Source of the DNA: an uncultured Ignavibacteriaceae bacterium
GTDB taxonomy: Bacteria > Bacteroidota > Ignavibacteria > Ignavibacteriales > Ignavibacteriaceae
Assembly (NCBI GenBank): GCA_963698525.1
Contig: CAVORE010000008.1
Span: forward strand, 33,122 to 97,121
DNA: 64,000 nt
Direction of reading: 5' to 3'
The first letter of the stretch is position 1; every line of letters begins with the position of its first letter. Below, one piece after another: positions 9,601 to 19,038 of the stretch. The notes beneath the pieces were generated by a model. That model saw only the letters and a program-made list of their open reading frames with translations. It had not been told where the DNA came from and did no database searches. The translations under genes and the position numbers were made by a program.

Positions 9601-10859
9601 TCAGTGTAAAATCCTTCCACTTCCGGTCTTCTATAATTCAGCCAGAATTTTTGAAGAGCCTTAAGCTCATACGGGAAATTATAAAAGTTGGTTTTATATC
9701 TTACTGAAGAAATAATTTTCATAACCTTTTTTTGGAAAGAAGTCAACTTGAAATCCGAAACAGTTGGGTATTGAGCATTGATAACTGTTTCAAAATTTAA
9801 AATCTTATTAACCATTTCCGCTGTAAGCCATGGAGTTAACGGATTTTTCCTCAAATCAAAATTTGCCCATTCAGGATTAAGCCAGTCTTCAAGCTTTTCA
9901 GGAAATCTGAATCCTGTTTTGACCACTTCGTTGTAAAGCTCAGATCCTTCTGTCGGTACAGGGCTATAAACATAAATAATTATTTCTGTATCAGGATTTA
10001 TTTCTTTTATCTGTTTTATGAATTGAATATCCTCATCAATCTGCTGCATAACTTTTTCAGGAGTTTCTGCAGGAAGTCCAAGTACAAAAGAATATTCTGG
10101 TATGATATCAAACTTTTTCATCCTGGCAGCAAATTTTTTTATTTGTTCACCGGTTTGAGTTCCGCCTTTATCCATTTGTTTGAGTATTGCATCGTTGCCG
10201 GTTTCTGCACCAAAGAAAATCATTCTGCATCCTGCTTCTCTCATTAAAGCAAGAGAGTCATCGCTGTATTTATGTATCGTATCAATCCTGCCTTCGCCCC
10301 ACCAAATAATATTTTCATTCTTTATCAGATTAGAAAACTCAACTGTTCTTTTCTCTGAGACAAAAAAATTGTTATCGTGGAATTCAACTGCATCTGCTCC
10401 AAATTTATCTTTCAGATATTTGATGTCTTTATAAATAAGCGAAGCTGATTTTCCTTTCCATCTTGCTTCATAGATCGGAACAACAGCACAGAAGGAACAT
10501 GTAAACGGACATCCGACACTTGAATGATAAGCTGCAGTTTTTGTTCCAAGAAAAGTTTTTCCAAGGTAGTGTTTCATCGGATACAAATTATTCAGCTTGT
10601 CGTAAGGAAGCGCAGGCAGAGTATCCTGATCAATTAAATCTGCTTTCGGAGTTTTTATGAATTCATTATTCTTTTTATAAATCAAATTCCTAACGGAAGA
10701 AGTGTCGTGATTATTTTCTAATGCAGCAAGAAGTTGTGGAAAGGCTTCATCACCCGGTCCGTTAATAACGTAATCAACAAATCCAGAGTTGAGGGCTACT
10801 TTATATTGATTGGCTGGAAAGTATCCACCCCAGATATTTATCACATCCGGGAAATTCAT
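9597..10859 (-). CDS. B12-binding radical SAM enzyme, radical SAM core (3' part of an apparently split gene)
   Basis: SSVGCPFTCSFCAV is CxxxCxxC. The N-terminal WGGYFP...INGPGDEAF is the tail of a cobalamin-binding Rossmann domain. It is paralogous to 14285-15697 and 16494-17966. Confidence 0.8.
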   Translation of the reverse strand: MNFPDVINIWGGYFPANQYKVALNSGFVDYVINGPGDEAFPQLLAALENNHDTSSVRNLIYKKNNEFIKTPKADLIDQDTLPALPYDKLNNLYPMKHYLGKTFLGTKTAAYHSSVGCPFTCSFCAVVPIYEARWKGKSASLIYKDIKYLKDKFGADAVEFHDNNFFVSEKRTVEFSNLIKNENIIWWGEGRIDTIHKYSDDSLALMREAGCRMIFFGAETGNDAILKQMDKGGTQTGEQIKKFAARMKKFDIIPEYSFVLGLPAETPEKVMQQIDEDIQFIKQIKEINPDTEIIIYVYSPVPTEGSELYNEVVKTGFRFPEKLEDWLNPEWANFDLRKNPLTPWLTAEMVNKILNFETVINAQYPTVSDFKLTSFQKKVMKIISSVRYKTNFYNFPYELKALQKFWLNYRRPEVEGFYTE

Positions 10860-11110
10860 TCCTTATTTTTTTGGTGATAAGGAATTGCCTGCTTTGGTTG
10901 CAAGCCCGGCATAACCGTGCAGCCAAAATATTTGTATTCACCTGTAACAAGGTAATTGGATATCGTCTTCCAGGGATCTTTCTCAAGATTTCCATCTACA
11001 AATATATAATCATACTTGCCCTCAATGGATGCACCAACCTGCAAAATTGAATTTGGAATTCTGTATTTTGAGTTGGCACTTCGTGGATTGAATAATATTA
11101 CTTTGTTCAT
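10856..11110 (-). CDS. B12-binding domain N-terminal fragment (84 aa), 5' part of the same split gene
   Basis: MNKVILFNPRSANSKYRIPNSILQVGASIEG...YKYFGCTVMPG aligns with the N-termini of the intact paralogs (MKLILTHGYF...PPLGILYISAFL and KKILFTHSYF...PPLGTIYAAAVM). Its TGA overlaps the next ATG (ATGA). Confidence 0.6.
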   Translation of the reverse strand: MNKVILFNPRSANSKYRIPNSILQVGASIEGKYDYIFVDGNLEKDPWKTISNYLVTGEYKYFGCTVMPGLQPKQAIPYHQKNKE

Positions 11111-11213
11111 TAAATAAGAATTTTTTTAACAGCTAAATTAAATAGGAAAAATTTTACTTTTATTTTAAAACCATAATGAGATTTATTCAAATTAAGAACC
11201 ATCAGCAATTGCA

Positions 11214-12350
11214 ATGAAAGTTACATTCGTAAATTACTACTATGACAAAGATATACCAATTGATAATTATTTAATTAAATATCCAACTATTCATGGGTGG
11301 TGCAAAGCTTTAATGCATTTGGGAACTCAGGTGGATGTTTATCATCGCTTCAGCAAGGATGGTGTTATTCAGAAAGACGGGGTCAATTATTTTTTAATTA
11401 AAGACGATAAAAAGTTTAACCTGAATTGGAATGAGAATCCAAAATCATTTCATGAAAAGATTTCAAATGGGAATAATGAAATAATTCATATCAATAGTTT
11501 TCGTTACGCTTATCAGGCATCGTTACTCAAACAGAAAATTCCTTCAGCAAAAATTATAATCCAGCATCACGCAGAAAAACCCGGACATATAATAAAGCGT
11601 TTTCTTCTTCGGAAATTTTCTTCTTCAGTAGATGGATTTATTTTTTCTTCAAAAGAGATTTATGAAGATTGGCTTGCTAAAAAAATAATCCCGAATGGAA
11701 AATATTTTGCCGAGATAATGGAAGGCTCTTCAGATTTTACTTATAAAAATCGTGATGAAGCAAGATTGATAACCGGCATATCAGGAAAACCTATACTTTT
11801 ATGGGTTGGCAGATTAAATGAGAACAAAGACCCAATTACTGTGTTGGCAGGATTTACAAAACTGCTAAATGATTTTCCGGAAGCGCGACTTTATATGGTG
11901 TTTTCCGATGATCAACTAAAGCAACAAGTTCTGTCAGTCATTGAACAAAATTCAATTTTAAAAAAATCCGTAACGCTTCCCGGATTTATTAATCACAAAG
12001 AAATTGATAGTTATTACAATAGTGCCGATTACTTTGTCTTGGGCAGCCACTATGAAGGTTCAGGCTTTAGTTTGGTGGAAGCAATGTCGTGCGGTGTTGT
12101 TCCGATTGTTACCGATATTCCATCGTTCAGAATGATAACGAACAAAGGACAAATTGGTGGATTGTGGAAATGCGGAGATGCTGATTCATTTTATAATATT
12201 GCAAAAAAAAATATTATCAAGCCTTTAGAAGTTGAATCGAAAAAATGTGTGGATTACTTTTCTGATAACCTGAGCTTCCCGGCTATCGCAAAAAAAGCTA
12301 AAATGTTTTATGAGAGTTTAGTTAATAACTCATCTAACGCAGTGAAGTAA
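11214..12350 (+). CDS. Glycosyltransferase, GT4 (GT-B, retaining) family
   Basis: C-terminal EGSGFSLVEAMSCGVVPIVTDIPS is an E(x7)E-type GT1/GT4 signature. 378 aa. Confidence 0.85.
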   Translation: MKVTFVNYYYDKDIPIDNYLIKYPTIHGWCKALMHLGTQVDVYHRFSKDGVIQKDGVNYFLIKDDKKFNLNWNENPKSFHEKISNGNNEIIHINSFRYAYQASLLKQKIPSAKIIIQHHAEKPGHIIKRFLLRKFSSSVDGFIFSSKEIYEDWLAKKIIPNGKYFAEIMEGSSDFTYKNRDEARLITGISGKPILLWVGRLNENKDPITVLAGFTKLLNDFPEARLYMVFSDDQLKQQVLSVIEQNSILKKSVTLPGFINHKEIDSYYNSADYFVLGSHYEGSGFSLVEAMSCGVVPIVTDIPSFRMITNKGQIGGLWKCGDADSFYNIAKKNIIKPLEVESKKCVDYFSDNLSFPAIAKKAKMFYESLVNNSSNAVK

Positions 12351-12480
12351 CTAGTACAGAGATGCCATCTTTATATTTTATTAAATTTCAAACAAATTTA
12401 ACATTAACAATTCAATTCAAGTTCCGACTTAATTATTGAAAAGATGGCATCTCTTGGTTTTGCGTAAGGTGAATTAATAA

Positions 12481-13551
12481 TTAGTTGGATGAAATTCCGT
12501 AGAATGAAGCATATCTTTCAACTGTTTCCGGTAGTGGAAATAAATTAACAGGTTCAAAGTTCAAATTTTCACTCAATAGTTTTTTAGTGATTCTGATAAA
12601 ATCATTTTCATCTCTGGCAATAAACCATTTAGGATGTTCCTGAGCATAGCCCACATTGAATGAAACTAAGTTCATTCCGTTTGCAAGTGCTTCTGCAAAA
12701 ACAAATCCTGAACCCTCAAACTTTGATGGGTGAATTAATATCTTACTTCTTTGCATCAGCTTAAAAATTTCTTTACGATCAATTAAGCCGGTGAATTCGA
12801 GATTATTTGCTATTCCATAAGCTTCTGCCATTTCTTTTAATTTAGTTGATTGAGGACCTGTTCCGACAAGCTTGCATCTCAAATCAGGTTTCTTCTTCAC
12901 AATTTCTGCTATTGTTTTTATAAAGAGTGAATAATTTTTTAAAGGAATTAGCGAACCAATTCCTAATAAATCAACATCCCTTTCATGAGAGTTTATTTGT
13001 TGGTCATCAATTCCCCAATGAATAATTTCGTCAACCGCTCTGTTTGTTAAATTCAAAAAGTTCTGTGCTTGATTTTCTGATAAAGCTATGATTTTGATCT
13101 TTTTACTTTCTGAAAGTTTTAAATATCTGTTATTCGCTTTAACATCCTGTCCCATCAGTGTGCAAATATGCTGACAGCCAAATCTTTTAGATAAAATGTT
13201 ACCGATCATCGCACATTCACCCAGCCAAAGTGAGTGAACCACATCAACCGGATTTGTTTTGTGAATTTTTTTTGCTTCTCGAATGGCTTTTAACCAAACG
13301 AAAGGCTTTTTGAACTTCAAATTATTTCCACCAAGTGGATTAATGGTAATCCCTTTCCAGTTGTAAGTCTCATGTTGATAGGGATATTGAAATGAGATGA
13401 CTGAAATATTTATCAGAGGAAATTCTGATCTAAATTTACTTAAAAATTCCTGTAACGGAGGAATACAATTAAAATCATTTTCGTCTTTAGGAAAGCCCGG
13501 CACTAAATAAAGTATATGAGTTGCTGCATTCATTTTTTTATTTTTATCCAT
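12481..13551 (-). CDS. Glycosyltransferase, GT4 family
   Basis: HPSKFEGSGFVFAEALANGMNLVS signature. It is the last gene of the minus-strand operon that starts at 18892. Confidence 0.8.
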   Translation of the reverse strand: MDKNKKMNAATHILYLVPGFPKDENDFNCIPPLQEFLSKFRSEFPLINISVISFQYPYQHETYNWKGITINPLGGNNLKFKKPFVWLKAIREAKKIHKTNPVDVVHSLWLGECAMIGNILSKRFGCQHICTLMGQDVKANNRYLKLSESKKIKIIALSENQAQNFLNLTNRAVDEIIHWGIDDQQINSHERDVDLLGIGSLIPLKNYSLFIKTIAEIVKKKPDLRCKLVGTGPQSTKLKEMAEAYGIANNLEFTGLIDRKEIFKLMQRSKILIHPSKFEGSGFVFAEALANGMNLVSFNVGYAQEHPKWFIARDENDFIRITKKLLSENLNFEPVNLFPLPETVERYASFYGISSN

Positions 13552-14321
13552 GGAAAAGGGGAGTCCTTGATAGAGAACAATCTTTTCAATCTTCCGGTAA
13601 TTGAATGCGGAGCGTAAAGAATATTATAATTATAACCAGTCAGTACATCCCAGGAATGATGGTGATAATTTTCTGCCATTTCCCTAAAACTCATTGATGA
13701 ATAATATTCCTTTGTTCGTTGTCTGGCATTAACTACTTCCGCCGGGGTGTAAACAGGAGAATCAATAATATGAACCTCACCATTTTCTTTCAATAACTCC
13801 AGGCACCGATCCACAAGAGTTTTTAAATCAGTAAAGTACTGGATAGCAGCATTGATTATTATTACATCAAAAAAAACATTAGGGAATTCCGATTTAAATA
13901 TGTCTGCATAAATGAATTTCAGATTATCAGAGTTAAAAACTCTTTGCGCTTGTGTTAATTCGGTCAGGTTTATATCAACACAATAAAAATTGTGAGTAAA
14001 TGATCTTGAAAGCTGTCCGCAAAACCATCCGTTGCCGCATCCAAGATCGAGAATATTAAGTTTCAGTTCTTTTGATTGGAGATATTTTCTGAATCGTTGA
14101 AAAGATTTAGCTCTTAAATTCCATTCCTTTTTATGTGGATTGGATACAGAAGCAAAAGGCAGGTTTAGTAATTCCTCATCAGAATAAATTCTTTTTTCCT
14201 TCTCTCTCACTTTCAAATAAATAGATTCAAATTCATTATTTATTTTGGTGAGAATATAAACACCATTGCGATTGTCGGCAGAGTTTAATTTGAAGTCATC
14301 CATTTCGATTTTCGTATCCAC
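13530..14321 (-). CDS. Class I SAM-dependent methyltransferase
   Basis: ILDLGCGNGWFCGQL (motif I) and FDVIIINAAIQY (motif II/III region). It overlaps both neighbouring genes. Confidence 0.85.
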   Translation of the reverse strand: MDTKIEMDDFKLNSADNRNGVYILTKINNEFESIYLKVREKEKRIYSDEELLNLPFASVSNPHKKEWNLRAKSFQRFRKYLQSKELKLNILDLGCGNGWFCGQLSRSFTHNFYCVDINLTELTQAQRVFNSDNLKFIYADIFKSEFPNVFFDVIIINAAIQYFTDLKTLVDRCLELLKENGEVHIIDSPVYTPAEVVNARQRTKEYYSSMSFREMAENYHHHSWDVLTGYNYNILYAPHSITGRLKRLFSIKDSPFPWIKIKK

Positions 14322-15697
14322 AACATTCCAGCTTTAGCGGCATATGATTTTAATTTTAACTTTAATACTTCTGCACCGTTAGACCCATTATTTTTTTTCT
14401 GATGTAGCCTAACTTCATTAACTACACGACGGACTGCAAAGTCATAGTATTTCTTCGGGTAAGTTCTTACAAAGTCTCTATCCCTGTCAGTTTGTTTTTC
14501 CCAATCGAATACGTTGACCTGGTTGGATTCAATTTCCCCGAAAAATTCCGTACCCTTAATCGGGTAAGCTACTGTAATTGTAAAATGATCAGGGTTGGAT
14601 TTTTTCAGGTGGCTGATTGTTTCTTCAATATCTCTTTCTGTTTCACCGGGATATCCAAGCATAATAAAAGTGCCGGCTTCAATTCCATATTTTCTGGAAA
14701 GCTGAATCATCTCACGAACTTGCTCAACTTTTACTCTCCTGTCCATCGCATCTATTATTCTTTGTGAACCACTTTCTGCACCAATCCAAACTCTGAAGCA
14801 CCCCGATTCTTTAATTGTTTTTATAACATCTTCGTTCAATCTGTCAGCACGAGTTATGCACTCATATTTTATTTTCAGATTACTCTTTTTCAGTTCTTCA
14901 TTGAAACCCGATAACCATTTATGACTTATTGTAAAAACATCATCAACAAACCAGATGGTGTCCGGATTGTAATTTGCTTTTATATGTTTTACTTCCTCGA
15001 CAACTTTTTGAGGTGATCTTCTCCTGTAAGTTAAACCATATACCGCCCGGCTGCACCATCGGCAAGTGTAAGGGCAGCCTCTCATAGTGCTGACAGAAAT
15101 TGCATTCTGGCCATGACGTTTTTTCCAGGCATCCTGATATTTACTTATATTTATTCCTTCCCGGTTTGGAACCGGCAATGTGTTAATATCCGAAATTAAT
15201 TTTCTTTCTGGATTGAAAACTATTTTACCGCCGTCATCCTTAAATCCAATACCATTTATTTCTTCGAAAAGAATTTTAGAATTCTTCTGAAGACTGCGTA
15301 CTAATTCAAGTGTAGTTTCCTCACCCTCACCGATTACTATGAAGTCGGCACCATGTTCAAGTAAGTCAGTTGCGTTGTAACGTACTTCCGGCCCGCCAAG
15401 AATAATTTTGGCATTCTTGATTGAGTCAGTAGATTTAATGAACCTAATGATCTCAAGAACATTTAGCTTTGTCACGAGATTAACATATATAGCAACGCAG
15501 TCCGGCTTTTCTTCAATTAAATATTTTTTCAATTCATCTTTGGAAGAAAAAGTCGTGTCAAATATTTTATTTTCAATTCCATTTTCTTTTAAGAAAGCAG
15601 AGATATAGAGGATACCTAATGGAGGGTAGGGTTTCATAATCCTTTGCTCGGCAGGATCATCGTTCAGAAAATAACCGTGTGTAAGAATTAGTTTCAT
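14285..15697 (-). CDS. B12-binding radical SAM enzyme
   Basis: The N-terminal Rossmann-type B12-binding region ends in ILGGPEV...FIVIGEGEETTLELV. MRGCPYTCRWCS is CxxxCxxC. 470 aa. Confidence 0.85.
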   Translation of the reverse strand: MKLILTHGYFLNDDPAEQRIMKPYPPLGILYISAFLKENGIENKIFDTTFSSKDELKKYLIEEKPDCVAIYVNLVTKLNVLEIIRFIKSTDSIKNAKIILGGPEVRYNATDLLEHGADFIVIGEGEETTLELVRSLQKNSKILFEEINGIGFKDDGGKIVFNPERKLISDINTLPVPNREGINISKYQDAWKKRHGQNAISVSTMRGCPYTCRWCSRAVYGLTYRRRSPQKVVEEVKHIKANYNPDTIWFVDDVFTISHKWLSGFNEELKKSNLKIKYECITRADRLNEDVIKTIKESGCFRVWIGAESGSQRIIDAMDRRVKVEQVREMIQLSRKYGIEAGTFIMLGYPGETERDIEETISHLKKSNPDHFTITVAYPIKGTEFFGEIESNQVNVFDWEKQTDRDRDFVRTYPKKYYDFAVRRVVNEVRLHQKKNNGSNGAEVLKLKLKSYAAKAGMLWIRKSKWMTSN

Positions 15698-16494
15698 GAC
15701 TTCACCTGGAATTGAATCAGGTAATGATCGGATGAGCCGGAAAAAAAACTGAATCCATAAATTGCTTGTTCTAATTTTTTCAGAGCGTTAAATATCTTAT
15801 TTCTGGAAGAAAAAAAGTTATCCAGATATGATGGTGGAATGAAAAATCCTACAGGTTTGACTGATATTAATTTAAAGTTTTGCGCAAAAATCTTTTTTAC
15901 TTTTAATGGTGAATGATAGTAAATATTTACATCTGAACCATTGAGTTTTACGGCTATAGCTTTTTCAGAAAACCTTCTGAAAGCTTTTTTGAAATTCAGT
16001 TTCAAAAGGAAATAGAATGTTTCCCAAAAACAAAAAGTTGGCATTATCACCATTATTATCTGCCCATTTGGGTTGAGTAACTTTGTTATTTCTGTAGACA
16101 GCTTTTCCATTTCCTTAAATGATATACAATTCAACCCGCCAAAGTTTGAAAAAATCAAATCGAATTTTTCATTGAATACTGTGTAATCAATTTTGCTTAT
16201 ATCGAGCTTCATAGTTTTAATGAGCGAATCCAGACCTGCATCACTAATTTTTTTTTGTGCAATTGCCAGCATATTTTCTGAAATATCAGTAGCTAAAACA
16301 TGATGCCCTCGCTTACCAAACCACACCGCATCTTCACCTGTTCCACAATTCAATTCAAGCACATTCAATTTTTCTCCCGATGATATAGATCTTTCAAGGT
16401 AATTCCAGACTATGTTTCTTTGAGCTTTACCAATGAAGCTATTCGTAAATGATGCATCATAATCATTTGCAATTGTATCGAAAGCCTGCTGCAT
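15694..16494 (-). CDS. Class I SAM-dependent methyltransferase (type 11/12-like)
   Basis: VLELNCGTGEDAVWF (motif I) and FDLIFSNFGGLN. It has a 1-nt overlap upstream and a 4-nt overlap downstream. Confidence 0.85.
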   Translation of the reverse strand: MQQAFDTIANDYDASFTNSFIGKAQRNIVWNYLERSISSGEKLNVLELNCGTGEDAVWFGKRGHHVLATDISENMLAIAQKKISDAGLDSLIKTMKLDISKIDYTVFNEKFDLIFSNFGGLNCISFKEMEKLSTEITKLLNPNGQIIMVIMPTFCFWETFYFLLKLNFKKAFRRFSEKAIAVKLNGSDVNIYYHSPLKVKKIFAQNFKLISVKPVGFFIPPSYLDNFFSSRNKIFNALKKLEQAIYGFSFFSGSSDHYLIQFQVKS

Positions 16495-17966
16495 CAGCTT
16501 ACTTTTTCTAATCTCTTAAGCTGGAAGGCATCAAGAAGAGTCATCGGGGAATAATAAACTAAAGCCGCGGCAGAGCGGAGTTTTTTTCTGTTAACGTTGA
16601 AAGGATTAAGAATCAGATTTTTCAGATTTAAAAAACTTTGCTTGCGTCTGTAAACTTTATGAACATACCTGTGAAGTTTTTTATAGTATGAAGGAGAGAA
16701 AGTGCCTTTGTACATAAGAGCAAGTTCATCTGAATCCGTCCAGTTAGTTTTCACTTTCAATTGCTCTTTTACTTTGTCGTAAAATTTTGTTCCCGGTAGG
16801 GGATAGGAAACAGAAATACCAATTTCTTCAGGCATCAGATCAAGAACCATGTTAATTGTCTGTTCAATGTCATTCTTTTCTTCACCGAGATAACCAAATT
16901 GCAAAAAGAAAGCCGGTCGGATTCCATTTTTTTTCAGAAGTCTTGTCGCTTCATAAATTTGTTCAACTGTTGTTCCTTTATCCATCGAATCAAGAATTTT
17001 TTGAGAGCCGGATTCTGCACCAACCCAGACTGTTTCTGCTCCTGACTGAGCAAGTGCTGTAATTGTATCCTCCTGCAAAAGCAAATCAACTCTTGACTGA
17101 ATTTTGTATTTGAATTTCAGATCTTTTGATTTTACAATATCTCTGAATTCCTGAACCCAGCCGGGTTTCAAACCAAAAATATCATCGCACATCCAGAAAT
17201 GATTCACGTCAAAGTTCTTCATTAAGTATGCAATTTCTTCAGCTACTTTTTTTGGGGAACGAGAATTATACCTGTTGCCGTAAATCGGTTTTGCGCACCA
17301 GTTACATTTGAATGGACATCCGCGGGTCGTCGCAATGTTAAGTGAAAAATACCCGTAATTTTCAATCCATATTTTTTTATAAGATGGAACATCAATCAAA
17401 TCCCATGCAGGCATCGGGAAGGTGTCGAGTTCTTTAACTATTTGTCTTGCTGCAGTTCGGATAATTTTTTCGTTTTCCTTATATGCAAGTCCATCAATGT
17501 TATTAAATATCGTTTCACCTTTATCTAAAGAAGTAACAAGTTCTTTAAGAGTTACTTCACCTTCACCAATAACTACAAAGTCAACACCGTGGTCAAGATA
17601 CTTTTCAAAATGATCTGCAGCGTCCGAGCTTGAAGCGATTACTCTCAAACCATTATTTTTGGCAATCTCAGCCATTCTGAAAGCTGCTTCACGCATGTTA
17701 GTCAGACACATTTTCGTCAGGTAATTAAATCCGTCATCATAAATCACGAGATAATCAGGCTTTTCATTTTTAATAACGGGAATTATTTTTTCGGGGGAAT
17801 CAAGTAGTGCAGTATCAAACAGTGAAATATTGTAACCGGCTTCGCGCATAACTGCGGCAGCATAAATTGTCCCAAGCGGCGGGTAAGGTTGTTTGGTGTT
17901 CCATTGCTTGGTATCGAACCTGTAGAAATATGAGTGTGTGAAAAGAATTTTTTTCATTTGGGTCAA
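16494..17966 (-). CDS. B12-binding radical SAM enzyme
   Basis: FVVIGEGEVTLKELV marks the end of the B12-binding domain. TTRGCPFKCNWCAKP is CxxxCxxC. 490 aa and a clear paralog of 14285-15697. Confidence 0.85.
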   Translation of the reverse strand: MTQMKKILFTHSYFYRFDTKQWNTKQPYPPLGTIYAAAVMREAGYNISLFDTALLDSPEKIIPVIKNEKPDYLVIYDDGFNYLTKMCLTNMREAAFRMAEIAKNNGLRVIASSSDAADHFEKYLDHGVDFVVIGEGEVTLKELVTSLDKGETIFNNIDGLAYKENEKIIRTAARQIVKELDTFPMPAWDLIDVPSYKKIWIENYGYFSLNIATTRGCPFKCNWCAKPIYGNRYNSRSPKKVAEEIAYLMKNFDVNHFWMCDDIFGLKPGWVQEFRDIVKSKDLKFKYKIQSRVDLLLQEDTITALAQSGAETVWVGAESGSQKILDSMDKGTTVEQIYEATRLLKKNGIRPAFFLQFGYLGEEKNDIEQTINMVLDLMPEEIGISVSYPLPGTKFYDKVKEQLKVKTNWTDSDELALMYKGTFSPSYYKKLHRYVHKVYRRKQSFLNLKNLILNPFNVNRKKLRSAAALVYYSPMTLLDAFQLKRLEKVS

Positions 17967-18892
17967 AGCGAAATTCTAAGCTTCTGCTCCAGTGATTTTA
18001 TTTTGTTGTCATACTCCTCTAAAACTTTCTTCTGAAAAAATTTTGGATGATGCTTGGATTCTTTCTTTGATGACTTAAATGCAATCTTGAATTCATCCGG
18101 ATTATAATTTTTATACTTTCTTTTATTATACTTTTCAAACAGTGCCATCGCAAAGTCATCTATTTTATCACCAAGACTTTTGCTCAGGATCTTTTCTAAA
18201 GATGATTTAAGCCATCCATTTTTTTTCTCGATTATTTCCTTTGTTCCTCTTTTAGGAAAATTAGGATAAAATTCTTTGGCCCAGCTATTTTTTTCGTAGA
18301 ACTGCTCATAAAAGTCTTTTCCGAATGTAGGCAGAAGCGTTACCGTTTCAGTTGCTGTAAATATATTTTTTTCGTGAATTTCAAGATTTTCTGAATCAAC
18401 AAAATAATTAATGCAAAATATCTTTTTTGAGTTGAATAAAACTATCTTTTTAAACACCATCAACATTAATTTTGAAAACCAAACCCTGTTTGGATGAGTA
18501 ATAATAAAGTAATCGATATCAGAATCTTCTTCCATGAAACCTTTTGAGATTGAACCCGAAAGCAAAATACCCCGAATGAATGGAAATCCTGATATAAAAC
18601 CAGAGACTCGTCTGGCAGTTTTCAATCTCTTCTCTGCTAGGTCATTACCAGTTTTTCTGCGATTGATGTAGTTATCGTTATTCTTAAGCAGGAAGAATTC
18701 GTCTTTCTGATAAACAAATTGATGTGCAGATAAATTTTTTAAAACACTTTTTACTTCATCGAGGCTGGTATGGTTATCTCCCAGATTATAATAAATTTCA
18801 TCAGCAGTTAATGGATAGGAAAAAATATCATAGTAAGCGAGAGTACGCAAAATACTTCGCCTCAAACGTGTTAATTGATGGTCGTTATCCAA
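17963..18892 (-). CDS. Nucleotidyltransferase-domain protein (Pol-beta superfamily) with N-terminal winged-helix-like region
   Basis: GILLSGSISKGFMEEDSDIDYFIIT matches the GS...DxD nucleotidyltransferase signature. It is the first gene of the operon. Confidence 0.6.
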   Translation of the reverse strand: MDNDHQLTRLRRSILRTLAYYDIFSYPLTADEIYYNLGDNHTSLDEVKSVLKNLSAHQFVYQKDEFFLLKNNDNYINRRKTGNDLAEKRLKTARRVSGFISGFPFIRGILLSGSISKGFMEEDSDIDYFIITHPNRVWFSKLMLMVFKKIVLFNSKKIFCINYFVDSENLEIHEKNIFTATETVTLLPTFGKDFYEQFYEKNSWAKEFYPNFPKRGTKEIIEKKNGWLKSSLEKILSKSLGDKIDDFAMALFEKYNKRKYKNYNPDEFKIAFKSSKKESKHHPKFFQKKVLEEYDNKIKSLEQKLRISL

Positions 18893-19038
18893 ATTATTCT
18901 TAAATCTTTGTTTATTAAAGAGGTTCTCCTAATTCTGCCTTCAAGTTAAGAAAATTATAGTATAGTTCTCAAGTCCTCTCACGGGGTTATTAATTTTAAT
19001 TGAGTGAATTTTGACAAGTATTTACTATTTTAATTTTT

